32,550 nt of DNA from Solirubrobacterales bacterium (GTDB lineage: Bacteria; Actinomycetota; Thermoleophilia; Solirubrobacterales; 70-9), in assembly GCA_035704205.1 (NCBI GenBank), contig DASSXC010000249.1, positions 1 to 32,550 of the forward strand, read 5' to 3'. Shown here in pieces: positions 1 through 7,469 of the stretch. The number at the start of each line of letters is the position of its first letter. The first letter of the stretch is position 1. Both the position numbers and the translations under genes were made by a program. The notes under the pieces are model-generated. The model saw only the letters and a list, made by a program, of their open reading frames with translations, was not told where the DNA came from and did no database searches.

Positions 1-557
1 CGGCGAACGTTCGGCGCGGCGCCGAGGCACTGCACACGGCGATCGTCGACCTGCGCCGGATCCCCTACCCGGTGATCTGCGCGCTCAACGGTCCGGCTGC
101 GGGCGCCGGGTTCTCGCTGGCGCTTGCCTGCGACATCCGCATCGCCTCGGAGAAGACGTTCCTGGCCTGCGCCTACGGACGAATCGGCGCCTCTCCCGAC
201 GGCGGCATGACCTACTTCCTGCCCCGCGTCGTCGGTCCCAGCCGGGCGCTGGAAATCCTCCTCGAGGACCCCAACATGACCGCCCAGGACGCGCTCGAGG
301 AGGGACTGGTCTCCCAGGTGGTCGCAGCGGACGAGCTGATCGACACGGCGCGGGCCAAGGCCGACGAACTCGCCGCCAAGGCACCCCACTACGTGAGGAT
401 GGCGAAGCGACTCTGCGGGGTCAGCATCGAGAACGGCATCACCGAGCACCTGCAGCTCGAGCGCCACGGAATCGCCGACAGCATGGCCACCGAGGACCTG
501 CGCAAAGGGGCGATCGCCTTCTTCAGTGGCGAAACGCCCGAGTTCAAGGGGCGCTGA
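1..557 (+). CDS. Enoyl-CoA hydratase/isomerase (crotonase) family protein, 5'-truncated by window edge
   Basis: Frame open from the window start. Crotonase oxyanion-hole region ALNGPAAGAGFSLALACDIRIA and C-terminal helical part; stop at 555-557. Confidence 0.85.
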   Translation, partial: ANVRRGAEALHTAIVDLRRIPYPVICALNGPAAGAGFSLALACDIRIASEKTFLACAYGRIGASPDGGMTYFLPRVVGPSRALEILLEDPNMTAQDALEEGLVSQVVAADELIDTARAKADELAAKAPHYVRMAKRLCGVSIENGITEHLQLERHGIADSMATEDLRKGAIAFFSGETPEFKGR

Positions 558-642
558 ACCGAGGTGCTCCGGCGCCCGTATCCGAACCAAGACCGTCTAG
601 AGTCTCTTGAGCATTTCTCCCCACAGGAAAGGATCCAGCCCG

Positions 643-1083
643 ATGAAGAAGCTTGCCGCCCTGCTCGTACTCGGACTTGTCTCCGCCGCACTGGTCGCCT
701 GCGGGGGGGATGACGACTCGACCACCACCACCGCGACCGAAACCGGCAACGCGAACGCCGGCGCGGAAAGCGGCAAGGAAACCGGCGGGGGTGGCGGCTC
801 CACGCTCGAATTCGAAGCCGACCCAGGCGGTGACCTCGCCTACACGACCACCGAAGCCTCGGCCGAAGCCGGCAAAGTGACGATCGACTTCAACAACCCG
901 CAGAGCCTCACCCACGACGTCGCGATCGAAGACTCCAGCGGCGAAACCGTCGCCCAGACGGACCTGATCGGCAAAGAAGAAACCTCCACGAACGCCAACC
1001 TGAAACCCGGCACCTACACCTTTTACTGCTCAGTCCCGGGCCACCGCGAAGCGGGCATGGAAGGAACCCTGACCGTCAAATAG
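643..1083 (+). CDS. Cupredoxin (plastocyanin/azurin-like) copper-binding lipoprotein
   Basis: MKKLAALLVLGLVSAALVAC lipoprotein signal with lipobox, then a Thr/Gly-rich linker. Type-1 Cu ligands are HDVAI and YCSVPGHREAGM. SD GGAAAGGA lies upstream of ATG 643; the track ORF starts earlier, at 607. Confidence 0.8.
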   Translation: MKKLAALLVLGLVSAALVACGGDDDSTTTTATETGNANAGAESGKETGGGGGSTLEFEADPGGDLAYTTTEASAEAGKVTIDFNNPQSLTHDVAIEDSSGETVAQTDLIGKEETSTNANLKPGTYTFYCSVPGHREAGMEGTLTVK

Positions 1084-1125
1084 GCGGTCCCTGGCCGGCG
1101 CATCTCGGCGTCCTCGGTCACTCGC

Positions 1126-2421
1126 GTGCCAGCGCACGCCACGCTCCCTGCGCCCTTGATCCGCTTGGCCGGGAACCGCCTGTTCTGGATCGCAGTTGGC
1201 ATTTGGCTCGCTACGCGCGGGTTGATCGTGGGCGAGGTCGGCTTCTGGCATGACGCGGGGCCGCGACTGCAGGACGTCAACAACTACGAGGTCTGGTCGC
1301 ACTACCTGACCGCGAAGCATGCGATTCCGGGCGGGGAATCGTGGCAGTACCCGCCCGGCGCGGCTTTCCTGATGCTCCTGCCGCGCCTCGGTCCGGGAAC
1401 CTATGGCGAGTCCTTCGTCGGCCTGATGCTGCTCGCGGACCTCGCCGGCCTCGCTCTGCTGGCGCTGCTCGGGCGCAGGTCGGGCAACTACACCGGCGTG
1501 TGGGTATGGCTGCTGGGAATGCCCCTGCTGGGCACGTTCTCGGTGCTGCGCTTCGACCTCGTCCCGGCGGTGATCGGGATCGCGGCGCTCGTCGTGATCC
1601 ATCGCCGCCCCAACTGGTTTGGCGCCCTGGCGGGACTGGGGGCGGCGATCAAGGTCTGGCCGATAGTCCTGCTCTTCGGCGAGTGGAACCGGCGCCGGCT
1701 CATTCGTGCCGCCGCCGCGGCCCTGGGAACGATCTTGCTCGTCTCCGTGATCTCGGCACTCGCCTTCGGCGATCCGACCTCGTTCTTGGGCGAGCAGAGC
1801 GAGCGCGGACTGCAGGAAGAAGCGGTGGCGACGGTCCCGTGGCACGTGCAGGCGATATTCACGGGGGAGGCCCCGACCCGGGAAATCCGCTCCGGCGCGT
1901 GGGAGATCGCAACGCCCGGCGCGGACACGGTCGCCAGCCTGCTCGAGTGGCTGACCGTAGCGGCGCTGGCTGCCGCGGCGGCATGGTGGTGGTATCGCGC
2001 CAGGGCGATCCGCGCCGGCCGAGCCGATCTCGCCGACGCGGCGGTGAGCCGGGACTTCGCCTTCACCATCGTGCTGCTCCTCGTCATCACCAGTCGGGTG
2101 CTCAGCCCCCAGTTCATGGTCTGGCTCCTGGGCCTCTCGGCCGTGGTCCTGACGGCGGGAAGCACCCGCCTGGCGCGACCGGCGTGGGTGGTCCTCGGTG
2201 CGACGATCCTCAGCACCAGCCTGTTCAAATCCCCGCAGAACATCGTGATCCGAGACCTCGCCCTACTCGCCGCCACCGTAGACGCATCGATCGCCATGAT
2301 CGGCATGCTGCGCAGGCCGTCAGCGCCAACGGATCTCGCGGGCCCTGGGACCAAAGCCACTCAGGCTGACCTGCAAAAAAACACCAAGCGGGCTATGCAG
2401 CGGGCGCCATCACGCGGGTGA
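1126..2421 (+). CDS. Polytopic membrane glycosyltransferase, GT87/DUF2029-like
   Basis: About 10 hydrophobic segments. The motifs AIKVWPIVLL and SPQFMVWLL resemble those I associate with DUF2029/GT87 mannosyltransferases. Family recalled from memory, not searched. Confidence 0.6.
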   Translation: MPAHATLPAPLIRLAGNRLFWIAVGIWLATRGLIVGEVGFWHDAGPRLQDVNNYEVWSHYLTAKHAIPGGESWQYPPGAAFLMLLPRLGPGTYGESFVGLMLLADLAGLALLALLGRRSGNYTGVWVWLLGMPLLGTFSVLRFDLVPAVIGIAALVVIHRRPNWFGALAGLGAAIKVWPIVLLFGEWNRRRLIRAAAAALGTILLVSVISALAFGDPTSFLGEQSERGLQEEAVATVPWHVQAIFTGEAPTREIRSGAWEIATPGADTVASLLEWLTVAALAAAAAWWWYRARAIRAGRADLADAAVSRDFAFTIVLLLVITSRVLSPQFMVWLLGLSAVVLTAGSTRLARPAWVVLGATILSTSLFKSPQNIVIRDLALLAATVDASIAMIGMLRRPSAPTDLAGPGTKATQADLQKNTKRAMQRAPSRG

Positions 2422-2866
2422 CGCTGTCGCCGACGAAGCAGGGCTTCTCGTTGCCCTCGACCTCGAGGGTGAAGCGGGTGATGACCTCGTACCAGCCGCC
2501 GCCCTTCTCGTCGATCGAGACGACCTCGGCGCGGCCGCGGACCCGGGCATCGACCGGAACCGGGGCGGGAAAGCGGATCCTGTTCCAGCCGTAGTTGACG
2601 CCGAGGGCAAAGCCGGTGGAGGAGATCAGTTCCTTGCGAAAGCCGTCCACGAGGGAGAGGGTGAGGTTGCCGTGAGCGATCGTCGTGCCGAAGGGGCTCT
2701 CGTTCTTGGCTTTCTCGACGTCGACATGAATCCACTGGTCGTCGCCCGAGAGGTCGGCGAAGGTGTCGATGTCGTCCTGGGTGACGGTTCGCCACTCGCT
2801 CGGGCCGATCTCCTGACCGAGCAGCGCCTGCATCCCCTCGACTCCCTGCACCTCAACGGTTGCCAT
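2393..2866 (-). CDS. MaoC-like (R)-specific enoyl-CoA hydratase / hotdog-fold dehydratase
   Basis: Hydratase-2 motif region FADLSGDDQWIHVDVEKA..PFGTTIAHG. I prefer ATG at 2866 (MATVEVQ) over the track start 2989, because the upstream extension is low-complexity. Confidence 0.85.
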   Translation of the reverse strand: MATVEVQGVEGMQALLGQEIGPSEWRTVTQDDIDTFADLSGDDQWIHVDVEKAKNESPFGTTIAHGNLTLSLVDGFRKELISSTGFALGVNYGWNRIRFPAPVPVDARVRGRAEVVSIDEKGGGWYEVITRFTLEVEGNEKPCFVGDSVTRVMAPAA

Positions 2867-2891
2867 TGCGCCGAAGTCTACGAAACCAGGC

Positions 2892-3281
2892 TCAGTCGGA
2901 CCACCAGCCGGGGAAGATCTCCCCGTCGCCATCGTGGCGAGCACCCACCGCGAGCACTTCGAGCCCGTCCGGGCCCGCCTCGAAGGCACGGGTCACCTCA
3001 GGCGAGACACGAATGGCGTCGAGGGTCTCGACCTCGATGATCTCGGCATCGAGCTTCATCCGCCCGGAACCGCTGATCACGACATAGACCTCCTCCGCGC
3101 TCTCGTGCTTGTGGCCAAAGGGCGAGCGCTGATCGGGCTTGAGGCGCTGATGGCTGACCCCCGTCTCCTCAGCATCGAGGTCTCCCCTCGCAAAGCGGGC
3201 TTCCTGAATCTCGCCATAGCCGAACTCGACAGCCGAATCCTTGACGTCGAGAAGCTTCGTGTGGGTGAACGGGCCGGGCAT
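2892..3281 (-). CDS. Cupin-domain protein
   Basis: Cupin motif 1-like GHKHESAEEVYVVISGSG and a small beta-barrel size (129 aa). Confidence 0.7.
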   Translation of the reverse strand: MPGPFTHTKLLDVKDSAVEFGYGEIQEARFARGDLDAEETGVSHQRLKPDQRSPFGHKHESAEEVYVVISGSGRMKLDAEIIEVETLDAIRVSPEVTRAFEAGPDGLEVLAVGARHDGDGEIFPGWWSD

Positions 3282-3337
3282 CTGCGCCTCCTGGTCGAGG
3301 TTAGGGGCGTGGTCAGGCTACCCGGCGTGGGGGCCCA

Positions 3338-3736
3338 CTATGCACCCAGCACCCGCAGCGGCGCATGGCGGGCGATGGCCTGGAAGTCCGCGTCGCAGCA
3401 GAGCAGCTCCACGTCGTTGCGTATCGCGACCACAGCGATCAGGCAGTCGGCGAGCTGGCGCGGCGTCTCTCCTCCACGACGACACAGCCGATAGAGCTCG
3501 GCGGCACTCTCATAGTCCGCTGGGCCGTCAACAGGTAGAAAGTGCTGGTTGTAAAGCAAGCGACGCAACCAGTCTCGGTCTGCATCGTCGCGGGCTCCGG
3601 CAAGGACCTCCATCATTATTACGTCGGTCGTCGCCAGCTCAGCCTGGCTGTCCAAGGCAGATTTCAGACGTGAGTGGGCCGGGCTGCCGGTCGCCCGAAA
3701 GAGCTCGATCCAAACGGAGCTGTCGACCAAAGTCAC
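3338..3736 (-). CDS. vapC: PIN-domain ribonuclease toxin VapC (cassette 1)
   Basis: The four PIN acidic positions are present (LVDSS, MMEVL, LADCLIA, CCDADF). GTG start at 3736 overlaps the vapB stop as GTGA. Confidence 0.85.
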   Translation of the reverse strand: MTLVDSSVWIELFRATGSPAHSRLKSALDSQAELATTDVIMMEVLAGARDDADRDWLRRLLYNQHFLPVDGPADYESAAELYRLCRRGGETPRQLADCLIAVVAIRNDVELLCCDADFQAIARHAPLRVLGA

Positions 3737-3945
3737 AGTTCCGGTACCTCTTGCCGAGAACGAATCTCGTCCAGATTGCCGCCCCAACCGCGCCCCTCTG
3801 CGGCCAGCATTTCCTCACGGCTCATCGGATCGCCGACAAGCTTGCGCAGAGCGAGGTCGACGGCCTCGCGCTTGCTGCGAAGGCGGTAGATCCGCATCGC
3901 CCGCTCGACCAGATCGTCGTCGATCTCGATGTTGGTGCGCGTCAC
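3733..3945 (-). CDS. vapB: VapB-type antitoxin (cassette 1)
   Basis: 70 aa starting VTRTNIEIDDDLVERAMRIYRL, a typical VapB N-terminus. GTG 3945 is preceded by AAAGG. Coupled to vapC by a GTGA overlap. Confidence 0.75.
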   Translation of the reverse strand: MTRTNIEIDDDLVERAMRIYRLRSKREAVDLALRKLVGDPMSREEMLAAEGRGWGGNLDEIRSRQEVPEL

Positions 3946-3971
3946 TACACCTTTATACACCTTAAGGTGTA
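3946..3971 (-). promoter_or_regulatory. Putative vapBC-1 operator/promoter: perfect 16-bp palindrome plus an extra half-site
   Basis: On the minus strand: TACACCTTAAGGTGTA (3956-3971), then TAAAGGTGTA, then GTG. That gives three GGTGTA/TACACC half-sites directly 5' of the vapB start, in a local low-GC patch containing TATAAA. Confidence 0.5.
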
Positions 3972-4010
3972 GCAAGGTGGGATCGACCGTCGATGGGGTC
4001 GCTGTCGGCA

Positions 4011-5360
4011 TCAGGAGACCAGCCTGACTTCGAAGCCGGGGACCGCTAGAGCTCCGGCCCCACCGAGGAGGGCGAGGATTCGGCTCACGTAGGCCTGCGT
4101 CTCGGGGTAGGCGGGGATGCAGTCGCACGCTTCGACCGGGGCTGGGCCGGCGTTGTAGGCGGCCAGCGCCAACCGCGGCGAACCGAACTGGTGGAGCAGG
4201 TCGGACATCAGGTGGCCTTGGGCGTCGATCGCTTCGTCGGGGTCGTAGGGGTTGGCGAGGCCGTAGGCGGCGGCTGTCGATGGCATGAATTGGGCGATGC
4301 CCTGGGCGCCGGCTGGGGACCCTGCATAGGGGTCGAAGTTCGACTCGGCCATCAGCTGCGCGGCGAGCAGGGCGGCCGAGACGTTCCAGCGGGTCGCCGC
4401 TCGTAGCAACGGGGTTCGGAAGCGCTCGGGCACGAAGGAAGGCAGCGTGGTGCCGGCGAAGGCGCCGTCCCCCCCTCCTCCCGTCGCTCCAACCCCAGGC
4501 GACCCACCCGCTGTGCCGACCGAGTTGCCGGCTGCCGAGCAGGGCGCCGGCGGTCTGTCGTATCCGTAGTGCCAGGCCTCCCAGGAATAGCGCTGGACGA
4601 AGCTGAAGTTGCCGGCGTTGGCCGCCAACCATCCGTACGTGGATTCCGGTCCGAGGTCGAGCTCGGTGGCGCAGCGGTGCAATGAGTGGCCGGGTGGCGC
4701 GACCCAGGTCGGGTCCGGATGGGCGGCGAAGAGCGCCGCCTGTTCGGCGTCGGAGCGGAAGCCGGAGTTGACGACCAGGGTGAGCCCTGCCTGAGCCGCG
4801 GCTGCCGCCATCCGGTCGAAGGCCACCGCCACGTCGGGGCGCATCCCCTCCCCCGTCCTATGGACAAGCGGCCCGCTGTAGCCACCGCCAGTGGCCGTCG
4901 AGGACATCGAGACCGTGCCGGTGGCAGCCGCCGCTGCTTCGGCGACAGCCGACGCCTCAACCCTGTGCATGTCGACGCTGCCGGTGACCACGGCCCTTGC
5001 TCGAACCGGCGCGAACGAGGCGGCATCCGGAAACGACACCCGCAGCCGCGCAGGGGAAACGTCGTTGGCCCGTACCACCTCACTCGCCGCCACTCGCACA
5101 CGCGTCAGGTAGGCGGCCTTCTCCATGTGCTCCGGATTGGGCAACCCACTGGGCAGAGTCGGCGGCGCCAGCAATCGCGGCAGGTCGTCGCGCATCGAGC
5201 GCGCAGCCGAGATCGCCGCCAGATCGGCCGCCCGCTGCGCTCTCCCCTTCCCCGTCACCGCCCCGGCGATCGCAACCAGGGCCAGCGCCGCCGCGATCAA
5301 AGCGAACGACGCGCCCAGCGCCAGCAGCAGCGCCTGCCCATCCTCCTTGCGAGCTCCCAT
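4011..5360 (-). CDS. TadG-like N-terminal anchor fused to an M15/VanY-type peptidase domain and an SLT lytic transglycosylase domain
   Basis: N-terminus GQALLLALGASFALIAAALALVAIAG..RAQRAADLAAISAARS is Tad/TadG-like. The VanY/M15 motifs are SGFRSDAEQAALF, GHSLHRCATELDL and EAWHYGY. A Gly-rich linker follows. The SLT motifs are MAESNFDP, GIAQFMPSTA and AAYNAGP. Confidence 0.8.
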   Translation of the reverse strand: MGARKEDGQALLLALGASFALIAAALALVAIAGAVTGKGRAQRAADLAAISAARSMRDDLPRLLAPPTLPSGLPNPEHMEKAAYLTRVRVAASEVVRANDVSPARLRVSFPDAASFAPVRARAVVTGSVDMHRVEASAVAEAAAAATGTVSMSSTATGGGYSGPLVHRTGEGMRPDVAVAFDRMAAAAAQAGLTLVVNSGFRSDAEQAALFAAHPDPTWVAPPGHSLHRCATELDLGPESTYGWLAANAGNFSFVQRYSWEAWHYGYDRPPAPCSAAGNSVGTAGGSPGVGATGGGGDGAFAGTTLPSFVPERFRTPLLRAATRWNVSAALLAAQLMAESNFDPYAGSPAGAQGIAQFMPSTAAAYGLANPYDPDEAIDAQGHLMSDLLHQFGSPRLALAAYNAGPAPVEACDCIPAYPETQAYVSRILALLGGAGALAVPGFEVRLVS

Positions 5361-5413
5361 GCCGCGACCCTGCCGGGCGGGGGCGCACGCGTGGCGCGCT
5401 CAAACAAAAAGTT
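5361..5413 (-). promoter_or_regulatory. Conserved 53-nt block directly 5' of the TadG-like gene (copy A)
   Basis: Gapless alignment with 7417-7469: 40/53 identical by hand count, at identical distance from the two start codons. Confidence 0.4.
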
Positions 5414-5434
5414 GTGTGACGGCTATCTGCCGAT

Positions 5435-5827
5435 TTAGGAACCGACGTCGACGATCTCGATCAGATCCTCGAGGCCGCGGAGGTCCCTGGGGTTCAGCGT
5501 GCAGAGCGGTAACCGGTGAGTGAGTGCCGTCGCGGCAATCATCAGGTCGACTGAGCGGGATCCCCGCACCTTGCGACCGACGCGTTCAACGGCCATTGAG
5601 ACCGACACATACCCTCGGGCACAGCGAAGATCGAAGGGCAGCACCTCGACTGTCGACTCGACCTGATGAAGGTGACGGCGTCGGCGCTCTCCCTCGAGCT
5701 CGTCGGCAGCCCGATGCGGTCCCCTTGCCAGCTCGGCAATTGCCAGAGTCGAAGTCGCAAGCCTCGGTGAGAGGCGATGAAGCTCAGACTTCTTCAAGCT
5801 TGCCAATGCAGACGTGTCGGTCAGTAC
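5435..5827 (-). CDS. vapC: PIN-domain toxin VapC (cassette 2); start codon unresolved
   Basis: PIN acidic positions are present (LTDTS, IAELA, SVDLMIAA, TLNPRDL). The nominal first codon for VLTDTS at 5827 is GTA. No ATG/GTG/TTG lies in frame upstream of the first Asp until ATG 5962 (45 codons above the GTA at 5827). Confidence 0.65.
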   Translation of the reverse strand, partial: VLTDTSALASLKKSELHRLSPRLATSTLAIAELARGPHRAADELEGERRRRHLHQVESTVEVLPFDLRCARGYVSVSMAVERVGRKVRGSRSVDLMIAATALTHRLPLCTLNPRDLRGLEDLIEIVDVGS

Positions 5828-6089
5828 GCGCCGCCCACTCGTACCAATCTTTCGGGCTATGGTCGATATTGGCGTCGATGTCGGCTCGGAACCGCTCGTA
5901 GTCGATATCCGAACCGCGGGCGAGCGCCTTCCTGAGCTCCTCCACAGTGTCGAATTGGCCATCGCCGGCGGCAGCCGCGTCACCTGCTGCTCCGCCTCTG
6001 ATCGCGCGCAGCGGCCACCTGCCATCGCGTACTCGCCGGTTCCTGGCCCTCCTGTGCGGAGAATGCTCCCTTCTCACCTTTCGCCTCAT
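5784..6089 (-). CDS. Possible antitoxin of cassette 2 (Arg-rich N-terminus, acidic C-terminus); boundaries uncertain
   Basis: The frame has good GC3 from about GDGQFDTVEELRKALARGSDIDYERFRADIDANIDH to stop 5784 and overlaps the PIN gene 5' end. Upstream codons (AGG/AGA-rich) look poorly coding. Candidate starts are ATG 6089/6098 or GTG 5945. Confidence 0.3.
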   Translation of the reverse strand: MRRKVRREHSPHRRARNRRVRDGRWPLRAIRGGAAGDAAAAGDGQFDTVEELRKALARGSDIDYERFRADIDANIDHSPKDWYEWAARTDRHVCIGKLEEV

Positions 6090-6744
6090 CCTTTCCATCG
6101 TAGCATTTGCGCAACTTGTTGTCATCGCCGCCAAGCAGGCGGTCGCGCAGTCGAACAGGGAACGCTGCACCCGCAGGGAAAGCGCCGAAAAGAGCCCACC
6201 GACCAGCCGACCAGCCAAGTGGTCGTTTCAAGACCACGACGCGCAGGCCTCGCGTCATCAGATCGCGAGCGGCCAACGCGGCCAGCGCGCGATCCTCGCT
6301 CAAATCGGCGCGAAGCAGCGCCGCCGCAGGCTGAACGCGGGGCTCCTCGAGCAGCGGCTGGAGGAGCGATGGAGGCAGGAGGATCACTGCGGCAGACTCG
6401 CGGGCCAGCGGCGACGCAGCGGCGACCTGCCCGATCCCGGCTGGGCCGGCAGGCAGCTTCAAATGGCAGATTTGGCCTCGCGAAGCGACCGCCGCTTCGG
6501 GCATGTGTGCGGCGACGCGCTTCTCCAGATCGCGTGCACCGGCTGTCGCGACGAGCGAGGGACGCGGCGCGCGGCACTCGTCGAGGTCGACCAGCAGCGC
6601 TGCGCGCTCCGGCTTCGATGCGGCGCAGGCGAGCGCTGCGGCGGCCGCCCTGGACCCGACGGCTCCGCCGACGTGGGTGACCAGGACGACGGGACCGCTC
6701 CTCCCGCGAAGGGCCCAGCCGCCTACCTGGGTGGCGCCGCTCAC
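5980..6744 (-). CDS. CpaE/TadZ/ParA-like fold protein with degenerate Walker A
   Basis: The layout VVLVTHVGGAVGSRAAAAALACAAS..AALLVDLD mimics the beta1/P-loop/helix/beta2 of MinD/ParA/CpaE proteins. The KGGxGK[ST] lysines and Ser/Thr are absent. GTGA overlap with the upstream TadE-like gene. The last ~45 codons run into a low-GC patch. Confidence 0.45.
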   Translation of the reverse strand: MSGATQVGGWALRGRSGPVVLVTHVGGAVGSRAAAAALACAASKPERAALLVDLDECRAPRPSLVATAGARDLEKRVAAHMPEAAVASRGQICHLKLPAGPAGIGQVAAASPLARESAAVILLPPSLLQPLLEEPRVQPAAALLRADLSEDRALAALAARDLMTRGLRVVVLKRPLGWSAGRWALFGAFPAGAAFPVRLRDRLLGGDDNKLRKCYDGKDEAKGEKGAFSAQEGQEPASTRWQVAAARDQRRSSR

Positions 6745-7070
6745 TTCGGCCTCGCCGCCGCGGATGAGGTCACGGCCAGCCGATCGGCCAGCATCGGCAG
6801 AGGGGATGGTGGTCGCAGTCTGACTGTGACGCGGCCGCCCTCGACCAAGACCTCGACGTCGTCCTCGGCCCAGCCGGGGAGGGCGTCGCGAGCCGCGAGC
6901 CGAACCGGCCGTCCCACGGCCAGCGCCAAGGCGCCCGCCTCGGCGGCGCCGTCGGCGAGCGTCAGCGCGTAGCCGGCGGCGAAGAGCTGCAGTGCGAACA
7001 GCCCGACGAGCAGCAGAACGGGCAGCGCAGCGACCAGCTCGACGGTCGACTGCCCCTGCTCCCTATCCAT
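6741..7070 (-). CDS. TadE-like pseudopilin / minor pilin family protein
   Basis: N-terminus EQGQSTVELVAALPVLLLVGLFALQLFAAG is a TadE-type motif. 109 aa; 8-nt overlap with the upstream gene. Confidence 0.75.
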   Translation of the reverse strand: MDREQGQSTVELVAALPVLLLVGLFALQLFAAGYALTLADGAAEAGALALAVGRPVRLAARDALPGWAEDDVEVLVEGGRVTVRLRPPSPLPMLADRLAVTSSAAARPK

Positions 7071-7416
7071 CGCCCGACTCCAGGGCCGCCTTCGCGCCGA
7101 CGGTCAGGCGCGGCATCGCGGGCAGCAGGCGGGGAACGACGACCCTGACCGCAACCGCGTCGCCCTCGCGGACCTCCGCCCCGTCTCGCATCGACGAGGG
7201 CAGCGCCAGCCGTGCGGCCGCCGTCGCGTTCCCACCGACAAGCGCCGCCCGTGCCCCCGCCCTCGCCGCGACCCCGGCTGACCACAGCGCCTGCCCGGCG
7301 AGCCCGATCTGTGCCGCGACCAGGGCCGCCAGCAGCAGGAACGGAACCACGGCGACCATCTCGACCGACGCGGTCCCGCCCTCCCTGCGAAAGCTGCTGG
7401 CGACCTGGCGCGACAC
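7063..7416 (-). CDS. TadE-like pseudopilin / minor pilin family protein
   Basis: N-terminus REGGTASVEMVAVVPFLLLAALVAAQIGLAG. 117 aa; GTG start at 7416. Confidence 0.75.
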   Translation of the reverse strand: MSRQVASSFRREGGTASVEMVAVVPFLLLAALVAAQIGLAGQALWSAGVAARAGARAALVGGNATAAARLALPSSMRDGAEVREGDAVAVRVVVPRLLPAMPRLTVGAKAALESGDG

Positions 7417-7469
7417 ACCGCGACCGTTCCAGGCCCAGACGCGCGGGTGGCGCGCTCAGAGGAAAAGTT
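7417..7469 (-). promoter_or_regulatory. Conserved 53-nt block directly 5' of the first TadE-like gene (copy B)
   Basis: See 5361-5413. The identical sub-blocks, plus-strand reading, are CCGCGACC, GTGGCGCGCTCA and AAAAGTT. Confidence 0.4.

Noticed and set aside
3946-4011. ATG at 4011 overlapping the TadG-like stop (TGATG), considered as the vapB start and as evidence for translational coupling to the wall-hydrolase gene.
   Set aside because: The 22 extra codons cover the palindromic operator and a TATAAA/AAAGG promoter-RBS-like patch. GTG 3945 gives a canonical VapB N-terminus (VTRTNIEIDDD). The overlap is probably coincidental.
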